Origin: a virus
Lineage: Duplodnaviria > Caudoviricetes
IMG/VR virus record: IMGVR_UViG_2596583600_000002
Coordinates: 14,752 to 78,751 of that record
DNA: 64,000 nt
Reading direction: 5' to 3' (one strand)
Positions 27,868 through 36,598 of the stretch are shown piece by piece. Position 1 is the stretch's first letter, and every line of letters starts with the position of its first letter. The notes below the pieces were generated by a model that made no database searches, was not told the origin of the DNA, and was given only the letters and a program-made list of their open reading frames with translations. The translations under genes were made by a program, and so were the position numbers.

Positions 27868-28099
27868 ACAGCTTCGTCCCTTTGCGCCAGTCGTCGGCGG
27901 ACTCGCCCTCACCTGTCAGGCGCTCCATATAGGTGTCGATTTCGGCGCGGCTCCAATGCAGGCCATTGCCCAGCATGACGGGATGCGGCAGGCGGCCAGA
28001 AGCAATCTCGCGCTCAAACTCTGCTGCGGACAGGTCGAGATAGGCGCAGGCGGTCGCCCGCTTGAGCATCCGTGGCCAGAATGGAACGTGCGCCCCCAT
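27854..28099 (-). CDS. AlpA-like excisionase
   Basis: ACAYLDLS...F...GRLP.P...W; overlaps the integrase start. Confidence 0.75.
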   Translation of the reverse strand: MGAHVPFWPRMLKRATACAYLDLSAAEFEREIASGRLPHPVMLGNGLHWSRAEIDTYMERLTGEGESADDWRKGTKLYANG

Positions 28100-28516
28100 T
28101 CACCCCTCCCCAATGGCTGCTGAGAGCATGGCGTCATACGCGGCCTGAATATCAAGCCAGTCCTGTGGGTTCATGGTCATGGCCTGTGTCGAATGGCTGG
28201 AGCCATCGGCGAAATGGACTTCCGCATAGTCCTGCCCATCGTGGACGCGGATCGGCATGATCTTCGCCAAGGCCTCCGCCAACGCCTCGGCGTGACGTTC
28301 CAACGCAGCGATGGTCGCGCCGTCTGCCGTGATCCGGTTCGCTGCCTGATCCAATAGTTCGGCCATGTCCATATCCGGCTTCGGCTTGTGGATCATGCGT
28401 CCGCCATCATCGGCCACGACATATTCGGTCGGCGGGTTCACGGCGTGGCGCGCCTCGATACGCAGGCATTCGACAAGATCGCGCGGGATTTGATAGTCTT
28501 GTAAAGTAGTCATCAT
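28100..28516 (-). CDS. hypothetical phage protein
   Basis: coupled gene in the leftward early operon. Confidence 0.6.
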   Translation of the reverse strand: MMTTLQDYQIPRDLVECLRIEARHAVNPPTEYVVADDGGRMIHKPKPDMDMAELLDQAANRITADGATIAALERHAEALAEALAKIMPIRVHDGQDYAEVHFADGSSHSTQAMTMNPQDWLDIQAAYDAMLSAAIGEG

Positions 28517-28935
28517 GATTTCCTTTCGCGCCGCGAAACAATGCCAATCATGTCGTGGGGGTCGATAAAATGGGATGCGCCATTATGCGACAGTGGATAA
28601 AACCCTGACATAAATGCCCCATGGTCCTCGCTCCATATTATGTCATAGAAGAACGTATCATCTTCACACGGCGGGCGCTCAACACCTATGATTAGGCGAT
28701 CTTTCGGCGCATATCGCAGCCGCTTCGGCGTGATCCGCTTCACAAGTTTATTATATGCCCGGACTGCTCGATTGCGCTCCAACTTTAACCGTGCAATCTC
28801 GGCAACCTGCTGATTCAGCTTGTCCAATGCCTCGCGCGCTGTCCCCGCGTCGGCAAGGTCAATATCCGGTTCGGACCAGTTCGCGATCCATTCAAGCCGC
28901 TCTTCCAGCGTGCGTGGGTCATGCGCGTTGGTCAT
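28513..28935 (-). CDS. hypothetical phage protein
   Basis: ATGA overlaps. Confidence 0.6.
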   Translation of the reverse strand: MTNAHDPRTLEERLEWIANWSEPDIDLADAGTAREALDKLNQQVAEIARLKLERNRAVRAYNKLVKRITPKRLRYAPKDRLIIGVERPPCEDDTFFYDIIWSEDHGAFMSGFYPLSHNGASHFIDPHDMIGIVSRRERKS

Positions 28936-29348
28936 GGCTGTGTATCCTTGCGTGGTTCTGGCGAATATCGAACGCCGTCATCGAACGGGATGAACGCCCA
29001 TTTGCGGATACGCTCGCCATCATCGCTGAACCGAACGTAGATCGTCGGACGCTCGCTATCTTCCAACGGGCTGACAGGCGGATAAAGACATTTGCTCAGA
29101 CAGCCGCATCCCTCGTCGCCGCATGATCCGCAGACAGGGCAATAGATCGGCGGCTCATTCTGCTCCATCCGCATCCACTGCTCTGTCCGCTTCTCGGCGG
29201 TATCCCGGTGGCGAGCGAAGGCTTGGACCGGGATGCTTTGGTCACATTTCCCAGACCGAATTTCAGGTGCGGTTAGAAGGCCCCATAGGTCCGCCGCCGC
29301 GTCCCTGTCTTCTTGCGTCACGCTGAAATATGGATGTTCATGGGTCAT
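28932..29348 (-). CDS. hypothetical phage protein with Cys cluster
   Basis: CPVCGSCGDEGCGC; ATGA overlaps. Confidence 0.6.
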   Translation of the reverse strand: MTHEHPYFSVTQEDRDAAADLWGLLTAPEIRSGKCDQSIPVQAFARHRDTAEKRTEQWMRMEQNEPPIYCPVCGSCGDEGCGCLSKCLYPPVSPLEDSERPTIYVRFSDDGERIRKWAFIPFDDGVRYSPEPRKDTQP

Positions 29349-29638
29349 CGGAACAACTCCACGCCATTGGCCTGCGCGGCTGGCTTGATAACCTTCCGCG
29401 CGAACTCATGGACAACCTGGCTCACGATATAGGAGGGACTGTGCTCGTCTATTTCACCATCGTCCGATGCCAGCCATTTATGCGCCGTGCCGAGGTTCGT
29501 CGCCTCCCAGTAAATGTCGTGGATTGCCTTTAGAGCGCGGTCTATCGCGGCGAAGGCTTCGTCCACCTCGCGCTCTGATATTATATCGCCGTCCTCATCA
29601 TACATGTGGCGGCGGAGCCGTTCGATAGCGTCAATCAT
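29345..29638 (-). CDS. hypothetical phage protein
   Basis: GAGG RBS; ATGA overlaps. Confidence 0.6.
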   Translation of the reverse strand: MIDAIERLRRHMYDEDGDIISEREVDEAFAAIDRALKAIHDIYWEATNLGTAHKWLASDDGEIDEHSPSYIVSQVVHEFARKVIKPAAQANGVELFR

Positions 29639-29811
29639 TTCCTCGCCTCCTTCGCACAAGGCACAATGCCCGCCCTACCTGGATCGGAGCGGCACACAGC
29701 GCAATCGCAGGGATCGTCCGCATAGAGTGGCGCGCACTCGTCACAGATACCGCTATGGTTGCGAGCATCTTTCCCGCACTCTCCGCAAGTAGTGAAGAAC
29801 GCGCGCTTCAT
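29635..29811 (-). CDS. small Cys-rich (Zn-finger-like) protein
   Basis: CGEC...CDEC...CDCAVC; ATGA overlaps. Confidence 0.55.
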   Translation of the reverse strand: MKRAFFTTCGECGKDARNHSGICDECAPLYADDPCDCAVCRSDPGRAGIVPCAKEARK

Positions 29812-30002
29812 TTCGGCGGCTCCGGGAGCGGCATCCAGTGCGAAACATCTTCCTTCTGCCAAGCACCACACTGGAGCGTATAGAAATGCTGGAACAGATT
29901 GTCCCAGAATCCGGCATCAACAACCTGCTCATCGCTGGAGAATAGAAGGACGGCTTCTTCCACATCGTCCCCCAGCGTCTCTATCGGTTGCCATTCACTC
30001 AT
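29808..30002 (-). CDS. DUF551-like protein
   Basis: MSEWQPIET...SHWMPLPEPP. Confidence 0.8.
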   Translation of the reverse strand: MSEWQPIETLGDDVEEAVLLFSSDEQVVDAGFWDNLFQHFYTLQCGAWQKEDVSHWMPLPEPPK

Positions 30003-30189
30003 ATGTCACCTGATCTTTCCGCCCATACTGGCGAACGCTGGTAGCTGTGCCCACAGATCGGCGGACGCGAAGGTCAGGCAGCCAGATCGGCTTGGACCTG
30101 TCGCCACGGATGTGCAGTTGGCCCCAATAGTCAGGCCCCTTCTCGGGCTGCGCTGACAGGGACGGGGCGCGGGTGTGGATGCGGGTCAT
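29995..30189 (-). CDS. hypothetical phage protein
   Basis: GGAG RBS; ATGA overlap. Confidence 0.5.
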   Translation of the reverse strand: MTRIHTRAPSLSAQPEKGPDYWGQLHIRGDRSKPIWLPDLRVRRSVGTATSVRQYGRKDQVTYE

Positions 30190-30404
30190 GCAGAATCTCC
30201 GGCGCGGGCCCGAACGCGGCGCGAAAGCCGGTAGAGTTTCGCTGCCAAATAACGAGCCTGCCAAGGAGTCATCGAGCGAACGTGGAAATTTCCGTCGATG
30301 TAGATATTCTGCTCGCCCTCCCATATCGTGAGAGAGGTTGCGCTATTATCACGGGTTTCACGACATGCGATCCCGTGACGCTCTCGGACTGCATCATCTG
30401 TCAT
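30186..30404 (-). CDS. hypothetical phage protein
   Basis: AAGGA RBS. Confidence 0.55.
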   Translation of the reverse strand: MTDDAVRERHGIACRETRDNSATSLTIWEGEQNIYIDGNFHVRSMTPWQARYLAAKLYRLSRRVRARAGDSA

Positions 30405-30465
30405 CTAATCCTTACCGGGACGCTATCAGCCTAGGCCGTCGCGTCCCGGCTCCCTTCGTTGGAAA

Positions 30466-30678
30466 TCAGTTACCGTCGCCCTTCCGCTCAGCGGCTTCAC
30501 GCTTGCGGCGGGCGTTGGCCTCCATGAGAGGCGCGATCCGGCGATTGTGGGATGCGGCCAGTTCGGCGCGGGCTTCGTCACGCTGGCGCTTGAAATGCAT
30601 GGCGGTCTGTTCAAGCGCGCGAACGTCTGCGCTGAATCCTTTCACAATCGCGTCGTGCTTTGATTTACGAATGAACAT
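30466..30678 (-). CDS. hypothetical coiled-coil protein
   Basis: GGGAG RBS. Confidence 0.6.
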   Translation of the reverse strand: MFIRKSKHDAIVKGFSADVRALEQTAMHFKRQRDEARAELAASHNRRIAPLMEANARRKREAAERKGDGN

Positions 30679-30702
30679 GGGTTCTCTCCCTGCTATGCTG
30701 CC

Positions 30703-31191
30703 TCAGAACGGAACTTCATCGTCAAGATCGTCGTCGAATGACGAGGGTCGACCGGACGATGAACCGCCGCCGAAGCCATCCTGATTGCTGTGCGTTGAGC
30801 CTCCCCAGCCATCATTGCCGCTGGATCGGCCACCGTCAGACTTGGCGCCGTCGAGCATGGTCAGCACCGCGCGAGGCCCGCTCAGCACAACCTCGGTTGT
30901 GTAGCGATCGTTGCCCGATTGATCCTGCCATTTGCGGGTGCGAAGCTGGCCTTCGATGTAGATTTTGCTGCCCTTGCGAAGATACTTCTCCGCCACTCCG
31001 ACGAGGCCATCGGACTGAATTGACACACTGTGCCATTCCGTCCGCTCCTTCTTCTCGCCGGTCTGCTTATCCTTCCAGCTTTCGGATGTAGCGATGCGAA
31101 GGTTGGCGATCTTGCCACCGTTCTGGAAGGATTTCACCTCCACGTCCGCGCCAAGGTTGCCGATCAGGCATACTTTGTTGAGGGAGGCCAT
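30703..31191 (-). CDS. ssb: single-stranded DNA-binding protein
   Basis: [30 protein letters not shown]-terminal DDEVPF. Confidence 0.97.
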   Translation of the reverse strand: MASLNKVCLIGNLGADVEVKSFQNGGKIANLRIATSESWKDKQTGEKKERTEWHSVSIQSDGLVGVAEKYLRKGSKIYIEGQLRTRKWQDQSGNDRYTTEVVLSGPRAVLTMLDGAKSDGGRSSGNDGWGGSTHSNQDGFGGGSSSGRPSSFDDDLDDEVPF

Positions 31192-31853
31192 CAGAACTCC
31201 ACCTCGTCCGTCTCTGCATTGAAGCCCTCACCCATGTCGCTTTCCGGCCTTCCTTCGCGCGCGAAGTTGGAGGCGCGGGCCTGAGACGCGGCTATGACCA
31301 GTTCATGCAGTTCGGGCCGCTTCTGCTTCAGTTCATCCAGGCGCTGGGCCAGTGGCTGCTCGAACGCCTGCAAATCCTCCATGGAGGTGAACGCCTCGAC
31401 CTTGGCGATGTAGTCAGCGGCCCATTTTGCCGCGCGGTCTTCTGCGGGCTTGGGCTGATCGACGTTAAGCGGCTTGATCGTCGCCATCACCTTCTTGCCC
31501 TTGGTGGCAGTCAGGGCGATCACCATTTCCCGCTCGATATGCGTCATGTGACTGATGCGAATGCCGCCCACCTTCATACCGCCCCAAGTCACATTGGGAT
31601 CGCAGAACAGCTTGACCGACCGGCCAGCATAAGCCTTCGCATCCGGCCCCCAGGCCGCGACCAGAACGCGGGACATGGATTTGCAGGGCCGCCATGGCTT
31701 GTTGTTGTCGCCCTCGAAATAGATCGAGACGGGCTGCTCAGTGCCGGGACGGATGCTGACATCGCGGATCGTGATGACGCGCGGGCCAGCAAGTAGATCA
31801 TCGGCGTTGATCTGGTCGGATTTCGGCACAATGACCGCGCTCATGTCATTCAC
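31191..31853 (-). CDS. putative recombination / single-strand annealing protein
   Basis: [29 protein letters not shown]; lies between exonuclease and ssb. Confidence 0.6.
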   Translation of the reverse strand: MNDMSAVIVPKSDQINADDLLAGPRVITIRDVSIRPGTEQPVSIYFEGDNNKPWRPCKSMSRVLVAAWGPDAKAYAGRSVKLFCDPNVTWGGMKVGGIRISHMTHIEREMVIALTATKGKKVMATIKPLNVDQPKPAEDRAAKWAADYIAKVEAFTSMEDLQAFEQPLAQRLDELKQKRPELHELVIAASQARASNFAREGRPESDMGEGFNAETDEVEF

Positions 31854-32560
31854 GAGAACATCTCCTGTTCAATTCTGCGTTCAGTGGGGATCACAACCGG
31901 CATGGCCGCCAGCGTGTCATGATATTGGCGGGCGCGTTCTTCGATGCGCGATTCGAAAGAGGCCGCAGCGGCCACAATCGCGTCCTGAATTTCGGCGTTC
32001 GGATAGACGCGCTTCACGAACATCGGCAGGCCGCCGCTATAGGATACGAAGTCGATCCACTCGCGTTCAGACACCAGAAGCCCGGTCTGCAATTGCAGCG
32101 TGAACTCGTCCGGGACTTCATTTTCGGCGATGGTCTGGATCTGGTATTTCGCACGGCGGCTCTTGCACTCGATCAGACCATCATCGCCGACAAGTCCATC
32201 GGGGCTGTAGCCGATGGTGAATCCCCATTTGTCGTTCGTGATGAAACCGACTTCCGTGACCGGCGCGAAATGCTTCGAATATTGCAGCCGCGCCTCGATC
32301 TCGTCATCGCGACCGCGCAGCATGTCGTCACTCACATAATGCGGTTCGACATAATCCGTGATCCGCTGGGCCAGCAGTTCGAATAGATGCGTCCGTTCCT
32401 TGTCGTTGCTGGCATATTTCAGCGTCTTGGCGGTCAGGATATGTTTGATCTCGCTCGCGCACAGGATGCCGAGGCGCTGCGCCAGCCATTCGTCCGTGCC
32501 CTGGATGAGTTCGGCGTGATATACGGGGCCAGTGGCCCCTATCTGCGAAACCGCGTTCAC
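31850..32560 (-). CDS. YqaJ / lambda-type exonuclease
   Basis: QGTDEWL..R.G, GYSPDGLVG..GLIECK, QLQTGL. Confidence 0.9.
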   Translation of the reverse strand: MNAVSQIGATGPVYHAELIQGTDEWLAQRLGILCASEIKHILTAKTLKYASNDKERTHLFELLAQRITDYVEPHYVSDDMLRGRDDEIEARLQYSKHFAPVTEVGFITNDKWGFTIGYSPDGLVGDDGLIECKSRRAKYQIQTIAENEVPDEFTLQLQTGLLVSEREWIDFVSYSGGLPMFVKRVYPNAEIQDAIVAAAASFESRIEERARQYHDTLAAMPVVIPTERRIEQEMFS

Positions 32561-32694
32561 AACCCACCTCCAAGCACCATCCCAATGAACAGGGCGCAGA
32601 GAAGCAGAGACGCCTTATCGAAGGCGGTAAGCGGGATGCAGATGTGGCCTTCGGGGGCGGCCAGGGCTGCGTGGGCTTTGTGGAGGGTGGTCAT
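32557..32694 (-). CDS. 45-aa single-TM peptide, paralog of 33568-33708
   Basis: hand translation MTTLHKAHAALAAPEGHICIPLTAFDKASLLLCALFIGMVLGGGL; overlaps both neighbours. Confidence 0.65.
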   Translation of the reverse strand: MTTLHKAHAALAAPEGHICIPLTAFDKASLLLCALFIGMVLGGGL

Positions 32695-32963
32695 CGACGT
32701 AACTCCATCTTTTGCTGAAAGGCGGCGCGATGCTGCTCATCCATGGTCACGGGCGGCTCGCCCTCGCACATGTCGGAGAAGGCGTCGGCGGCCGCGTCGT
32801 CCATCTCGTCCTGCGTCATGGGGCGCCAGCCGTGGCCGCAGCATGTTTCGCACTCGACCTCATAGATGCCGGGTCCAAGGCGAGGCTGACGCTTCATGGT
32901 GAAGCCGCTGCCGTCGCAGTCGGTGCATTCCACATCGGGAGCGAAGCCGCTGAGATAGTCCAT
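32691..32963 (-). CDS. small protein with DnaJ-type CxxCxGxG repeats
   Basis: CTDCDGSG...CETCCGHG. Confidence 0.65.
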   Translation of the reverse strand: MDYLSGFAPDVECTDCDGSGFTMKRQPRLGPGIYEVECETCCGHGWRPMTQDEMDDAAADAFSDMCEGEPPVTMDEQHRAAFQQKMELRR

Positions 32964-32967
32964 CGCC

Positions 32968-33321
32968 CTACCCCTTCACCGGCAGAGCATCGACCGCATC
33001 ACGGAAGGACGCAGGGGCAGCATCATGCTCTTTTATCAGAGCGATTACCGCGTTCTTCACTTCCGCAGCGGTCTTGAGAACCTTCTGCTGCTCCTTGGCC
33101 TTTTCGACCTGGACGAACATATCGGCTATGGCGGCTTCGAGAGTGTCGCCATTACCATGGCAACTAATATCCCGAACAACATCACCCTTCGGCCAGTAGC
33201 AAGATGCGCCCCAATTCCTGAGGCCATGGGTGCCGGGCGTGTAAACCGTCAAGCCGGGTACGCCCTGAATGGAAGCGAGAAAATCCTGCGCGACCTGCGC
33301 CTTGTCGTTGGTATCAACCAT
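32968..33321 (-). CDS. hypothetical phage protein
   Basis: GGGAG RBS. Confidence 0.6.
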   Translation of the reverse strand: MVDTNDKAQVAQDFLASIQGVPGLTVYTPGTHGLRNWGASCYWPKGDVVRDISCHGNGDTLEAAIADMFVQVEKAKEQQKVLKTAAEVKNAVIALIKEHDAAPASFRDAVDALPVKG

Positions 33322-33571
33322 GTTCAATCTCCCTCAACTGCCGACGAAGGCGCGGCAGGGCTAAAAGTGCGCTCATGGAGCGTTCGAATTGCTGCACCTG
33401 GCTGCGCGGAAGTGGATTGCTCAGGCGGCTGAACTTGCGGGTTTCTTCCTGCGTGGCGGCAAGCTGACGAGCGATCTCGTCTTTCCGCTCCAGCCGCTGG
33501 CGATCTTCCCGATCCGCGACGTGCTGGCAGTGATTGCCGTCGAAATAGCTGGCCTCAGAGTAGAGGGTCAC
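33314..33571 (-). CDS. hypothetical phage protein
   Basis: GTG start overlapping the upstream stop, GGAGG RBS. Confidence 0.55.
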   Translation of the reverse strand: MTLYSEASYFDGNHCQHVADREDRQRLERKDEIARQLAATQEETRKFSRLSNPLPRSQVQQFERSMSALLALPRLRRQLREIEHG

Positions 33572-33708
33572 AGTCCCAACCCTCCCAGGATCATCCCGAT
33601 CACCAGCGAGCACAGCGAGAGCGTGACAGTCTCCGTCACCGTAAGGCGGATGCTGGACCAGCCGTCGGGGTCGGTCAGGGCGGATAGGGCCTGGTGGAAG
33701 GTGGTCAT
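33568..33708 (-). CDS. 46-aa single-TM peptide
   Basis: GGAGG RBS; MTTFHQALSALTDPDGWSSIRLTVTETVTLSLCSLVIGMILGGLGL. Confidence 0.7.
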   Translation of the reverse strand: MTTFHQALSALTDPDGWSSIRLTVTETVTLSLCSLVIGMILGGLGL

Positions 33709-33755
33709 AAAACCTCCATATTCCTCGCCCCGGTGAGGACCGGGGTCCGGGGGCG

Positions 33756-33926
33756 TTAGAAATTCCAGGGGGTGGCACCCATGCCCTTCGCGACAGCGCG
33801 GGCTTCACGCTTGCTGATGACGTGGATCGTCTCGACATGCTCGCGCTGGCCGTTGCTGATGCGAACGATGTCCAGCACGGGGGCCTTGGCGCGGGTGCCT
33901 GTGTAAAATTCTGCTGCGAGGGTCAT
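33756..33926 (-). CDS. 56-aa first gene of the leftward operon
   Basis: GGAG RBS; MTLAAEFYTGTRAKAPVLDIVR...GATPWNF. Confidence 0.65.
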   Translation of the reverse strand: MTLAAEFYTGTRAKAPVLDIVRISNGQREHVETIHVISKREARAVAKGMGATPWNF

Positions 33927-33967
33927 CTTCATCTCCGTCTCAGGCCCGATTGCCTTTCGATGGAGGT

Positions 33968-34022
33968 GTTATAGGTTGGTTTAATCCAACCCGTCAAGAG
34001 AAAAGGTTGGGTCGGTCCAACT
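33968..34022 (-). promoter_or_regulatory. PL-like promoter with two operators GGTTGG-N6-CCAAC(C/T)
   Basis: operators at 33974-33991 and 34005-34022; minus strand reads TTGACG-operator-TATAAC. Confidence 0.8.
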
Positions 34023-34351
34023 TTCTTCTCCCCCGCCCGCGAATCACCTGCTGGCGGCGGAGAAGCAGGACGGGCCGGGGGATTTGGGAATGCGCTGACG
34101 GGCGAGGCGCTTAAGCTGGGCGGGAGCGGGAATAAGAAAGGGCAGCGCGACCGGGGAACCCCAATCCAGACGCTGCCCTTATCGACGTCCGGCGATCAAC
34201 CCGGACGGCCTTGCAAGTAAGGTCTTCAAGACGCGGCCAGCGCGAAGCTACGACCAAAGAGACGGCCTAACCGCGTAATGATTGATGCTATACGTCCTGA
34301 AGCCCGCCATGTCCAATCCGTCCAATGCGAATCGGTTATGCCTCGATACCG

Positions 34352-34597
34352 TTATTCTGCGACCCGAAGGTAGAGTGACACTCCGCCTTTCACTGGCCCG
34401 GTGGTTTCGACTACCGGGCCGTTTTTTTGGGCAGCCGAAAGCCATTGAGCGAGGTGGATCGCTACCTGGGGGTGTATCCACGTCCCACGGTGCTCATTGG
34501 CACCAGCCGTAATGGATTGCACAATGAGGTCCCTGCTAATCTGCAGGGACCCCTCCAATTCCGCTTTTGTTGAGATGATCAGCGCCGACGACTGCAA
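34352..34597 (-). pseudogene. KilA-N domain remnant
   Basis: EHRGTWIHPQVAIHLAQWLS, the C-terminal KilA-N motif; N-terminal half and start context missing. Confidence 0.65.
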
Positions 34598-34615
34598 GGG
34601 AGAGGTTGCGGTGCA

Positions 34616-34957
34616 CTACCCTGCGGCGAGAATACCGAGCTTGGACAAGACTGTAAGCACAGCGATCACTAAGGCTGCGCCACCACTGACTGCGGTCACA
34701 ATGAAACCTTTTCCCGCCATGGTCGCCTTGATAACAGCGATATCGGCTGGCATCGGCTCAGTGCGCGCGTCGATCCTGTCCACCTGCTTTACCAGATGGG
34801 CAACGTCAGATTCCAACTTGGCGACACGCGCATCCATGCCTCCAGATGTGCCATCTCCGCCGCCAGATTTCAAGGCTTCCATCTGACGGTGAAGCTCGTT
34901 GTTGGCCGCCGTTAGTTCGCGATCCGCCGCATCGAAGGGGTATAGATTGCCCATCAT
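34616..34957 (-). CDS. accessory protein, coiled coil plus C-terminal TM
   Basis: GGGDGTSGGMDARVAKLE...hydrophobic tail. Confidence 0.65.
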   Translation of the reverse strand: MMGNLYPFDAADRELTAANNELHRQMEALKSGGGDGTSGGMDARVAKLESDVAHLVKQVDRIDARTEPMPADIAVIKATMAGKGFIVTAVSGGAALVIAVLTVLSKLGILAAG

Positions 34958-35172
34958 TCTTCCTTACCGCCGATTTCATCAATCGCTGATGACAATGCTT
35001 TCATCGCATCAAAATATCGATTCAACTCAGCATAAGCGGCCTGATCTTCACCGTTAAGAATGCGGGCTTGGATCGCACTAAGGGCATTGGCGACCCCCAT
35101 GAATCTTATTCCCAATTTGATTACATCACCCTTGGTTGCGGGTTCTGCCCAGGCGGAAAATCCATCGCTCAT
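34954..35172 (-). CDS. accessory hypothetical protein
   Basis: GGAGG RBS; coupled to the next gene. Confidence 0.6.
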   Translation of the reverse strand: MSDGFSAWAEPATKGDVIKLGIRFMGVANALSAIQARILNGEDQAAYAELNRYFDAMKALSSAIDEIGGKEE

Positions 35173-35302
35173 CAATGCCTCCGCGCCGACCAGATGAACC
35201 GGCCAAAAATAGTCTTAATCATCGTCCTGCCAGCCTTTCATCCACAGCTATTCCGCCCCTCCCCGGCTGTGATCTTTCCTATTTGTTCACCCCTCCATAT
35301 GA

Positions 35303-35317
35303 GAACAGATGCAGAAC
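35303..35317. promoter_or_regulatory. LexA box GAAC-N7-GAAC
   Basis: GAAC AGATGCA GAAC. Confidence 0.75.
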
Positions 35318-35635
35318 ATCGAATCGGAGACGGGAAGGATGGACAGACGAACGGAGCCGATTTTGGCTGAGCCTGCTTGTGGGGCGGGGTGTGAAATCTG
35401 CTTTGTGGAATGCGCCGCTCTGCTCAATTTAATTGCTCGGCTTCGCCGCCAGCATGAGATGCTTCTGCGGGAATTGAGCCTGCGGCCTCACGGCTCCGGT
35501 TATGAAGATCTATCATATCTCGAAGAGCATCTGGAAACTGCACAGCGAGCTTTCGAGCGCGTCCGTCCTCGTATGGATCGATCCCCACCGAGTTCAGCAG
35601 CAGACCAAATGTTGCTGTCAGCACGGATGCATTAG
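35309..35635 (+). CDS. SOS-boxed Cys-motif ORF antisense to the repressor 3' end (candidate antirepressor; start may be 35339)
   Basis: CGAGCEICFVEC plus coiled coil; LexA box at its 5' end. Confidence 0.5.
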   Translation: MQNIESETGRMDRRTEPILAEPACGAGCEICFVECAALLNLIARLRRQHEMLLRELSLRPHGSGYEDLSYLEEHLETAQRAFERVRPRMDRSPPSSAADQMLLSARMH

Positions 35636-35864
35636 GGAGCGCCGTTGAAGCTCCGGGCAGAAGGTCGCAGACGCTTATCTCAAGCGCATTGGCAAGGCGC
35701 GTCAGGGTGGACAGCTTAATGTCCCTCCCGTCCTCCAATATCTCCTTTACCAAAGATTTGCTCTTGCCCACCTGTTGAGAGAGCGTCGTTGGAGCAATGC
35801 CCTTTCGCGCGATTTCACGAGCAAGCGCATCCCTTACAAAACTGAAATCATAGTCCGTCGCCAT
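35424..35864 (-). CDS. XRE-family phage repressor without an S24 domain
   Basis: HTH TTLSQQVGKSKSLVKEIL...IKLSTLTRLANAL; 146 aa; divergent from Cro. Confidence 0.8.
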   Translation of the reverse strand: MATDYDFSFVRDALAREIARKGIAPTTLSQQVGKSKSLVKEILEDGRDIKLSTLTRLANALEISVCDLLPGASTALPNASVLTATFGLLLNSVGIDPYEDGRARKLAVQFPDALRDMIDLHNRSREAAGSIPAEASHAGGEAEQLN

Positions 35865-35917
35865 GGGGCCTTTTTCCCACGGGTTGGACGTATCTGGATA
35901 GGTCCGCGCAATCCAAC

Positions 35918-35947
35918 TTGACGGGTTGGGTCTATCCAACCTATAAG
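35918..35947 (+). promoter_or_regulatory. PR-like promoter with the operator between -35 and -10
   Basis: TTGACG GGTTGGGTCTATCCAACC TATAAG. Confidence 0.8.
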
Positions 35948-35954
35948 ATGGCTC

Positions 35955-36158
35955 ATGGCTGATCTTATTCACGACATCGAAGCGTTCTGTGCAAAGCAGA
36001 AAATGTCTCCATGGCAATTCGGCCTGCTGGCGCTCAACGATAAGCCCTTTGTGAAGCAGGTTCGGAATGGTCGGCGGGTATGGCCCGACACCGAGGCAAA
36101 AATCCGCCACTTCATGGCCACCTACCGCCCCGCCAAGACCGAGGAGCGCGCAGCATGA
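35955..36158 (+). CDS. Cro-like regulator
   Basis: LIHDIEAFC...MSPWQFG..ALND..FV..VR.GR...DTEAKIRHFM. Confidence 0.8.
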   Translation: MADLIHDIEAFCAKQKMSPWQFGLLALNDKPFVKQVRNGRRVWPDTEAKIRHFMATYRPAKTEERAA

Positions 36159-36200
36159 GCGGGGATATTCTCGCGGCCAACAGCGCCATCATGGCTGATG

Positions 36201-36470
36201 TCATCCGCTTTCTCCGCGCCAATTCTTCCGAGCGTATTCGCGCAGTTCGGCAAGCACGGGAGAATATCGAATTTCGAGCACGTCTCGAAAATAGTCCTGC
36301 GCCGCACTCTCGCCGGGAGCGCTGAAATGGTAAGTGAGGCTGTTAGCGAAATCGTCAACGTCCTTTGGGCTTGCCAAGCCCCGGTTGACGAGCACCCGCA
36401 TTGCGTTTGTTCCGGCTGTGAGGCCAGCAAGCGCCATCGCAGTAACGGCGGTAACCACTTCATCATCCAT
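36201..36470 (-). CDS. counter-oriented hypothetical protein in the rightward operon
   Basis: AAGGAG RBS; 89 aa MDDEVVTAVT... Confidence 0.6.
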   Translation of the reverse strand: MDDEVVTAVTAMALAGLTAGTNAMRVLVNRGLASPKDVDDFANSLTYHFSAPGESAAQDYFRDVLEIRYSPVLAELREYARKNWRGESG

Positions 36471-36598
36471 CCCGAATCTCCTTCGGGAGGCACGATAGCA
36501 TGAGCGCGCCCTATCGCATCCGCCACCCCTTCCAGCCTCTCGCCACCCTCGCCTTCTGGTGGGGCATCCTCCGCATGTTCGTGACGGGGAGGGCGTAG

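Noticed and set aside
35865-36110. N-terminal extension of the repressor (228-aa ORF call)
   Set aside because: It would run through cro and the PR operator; ATG 35864 fits the HTH start
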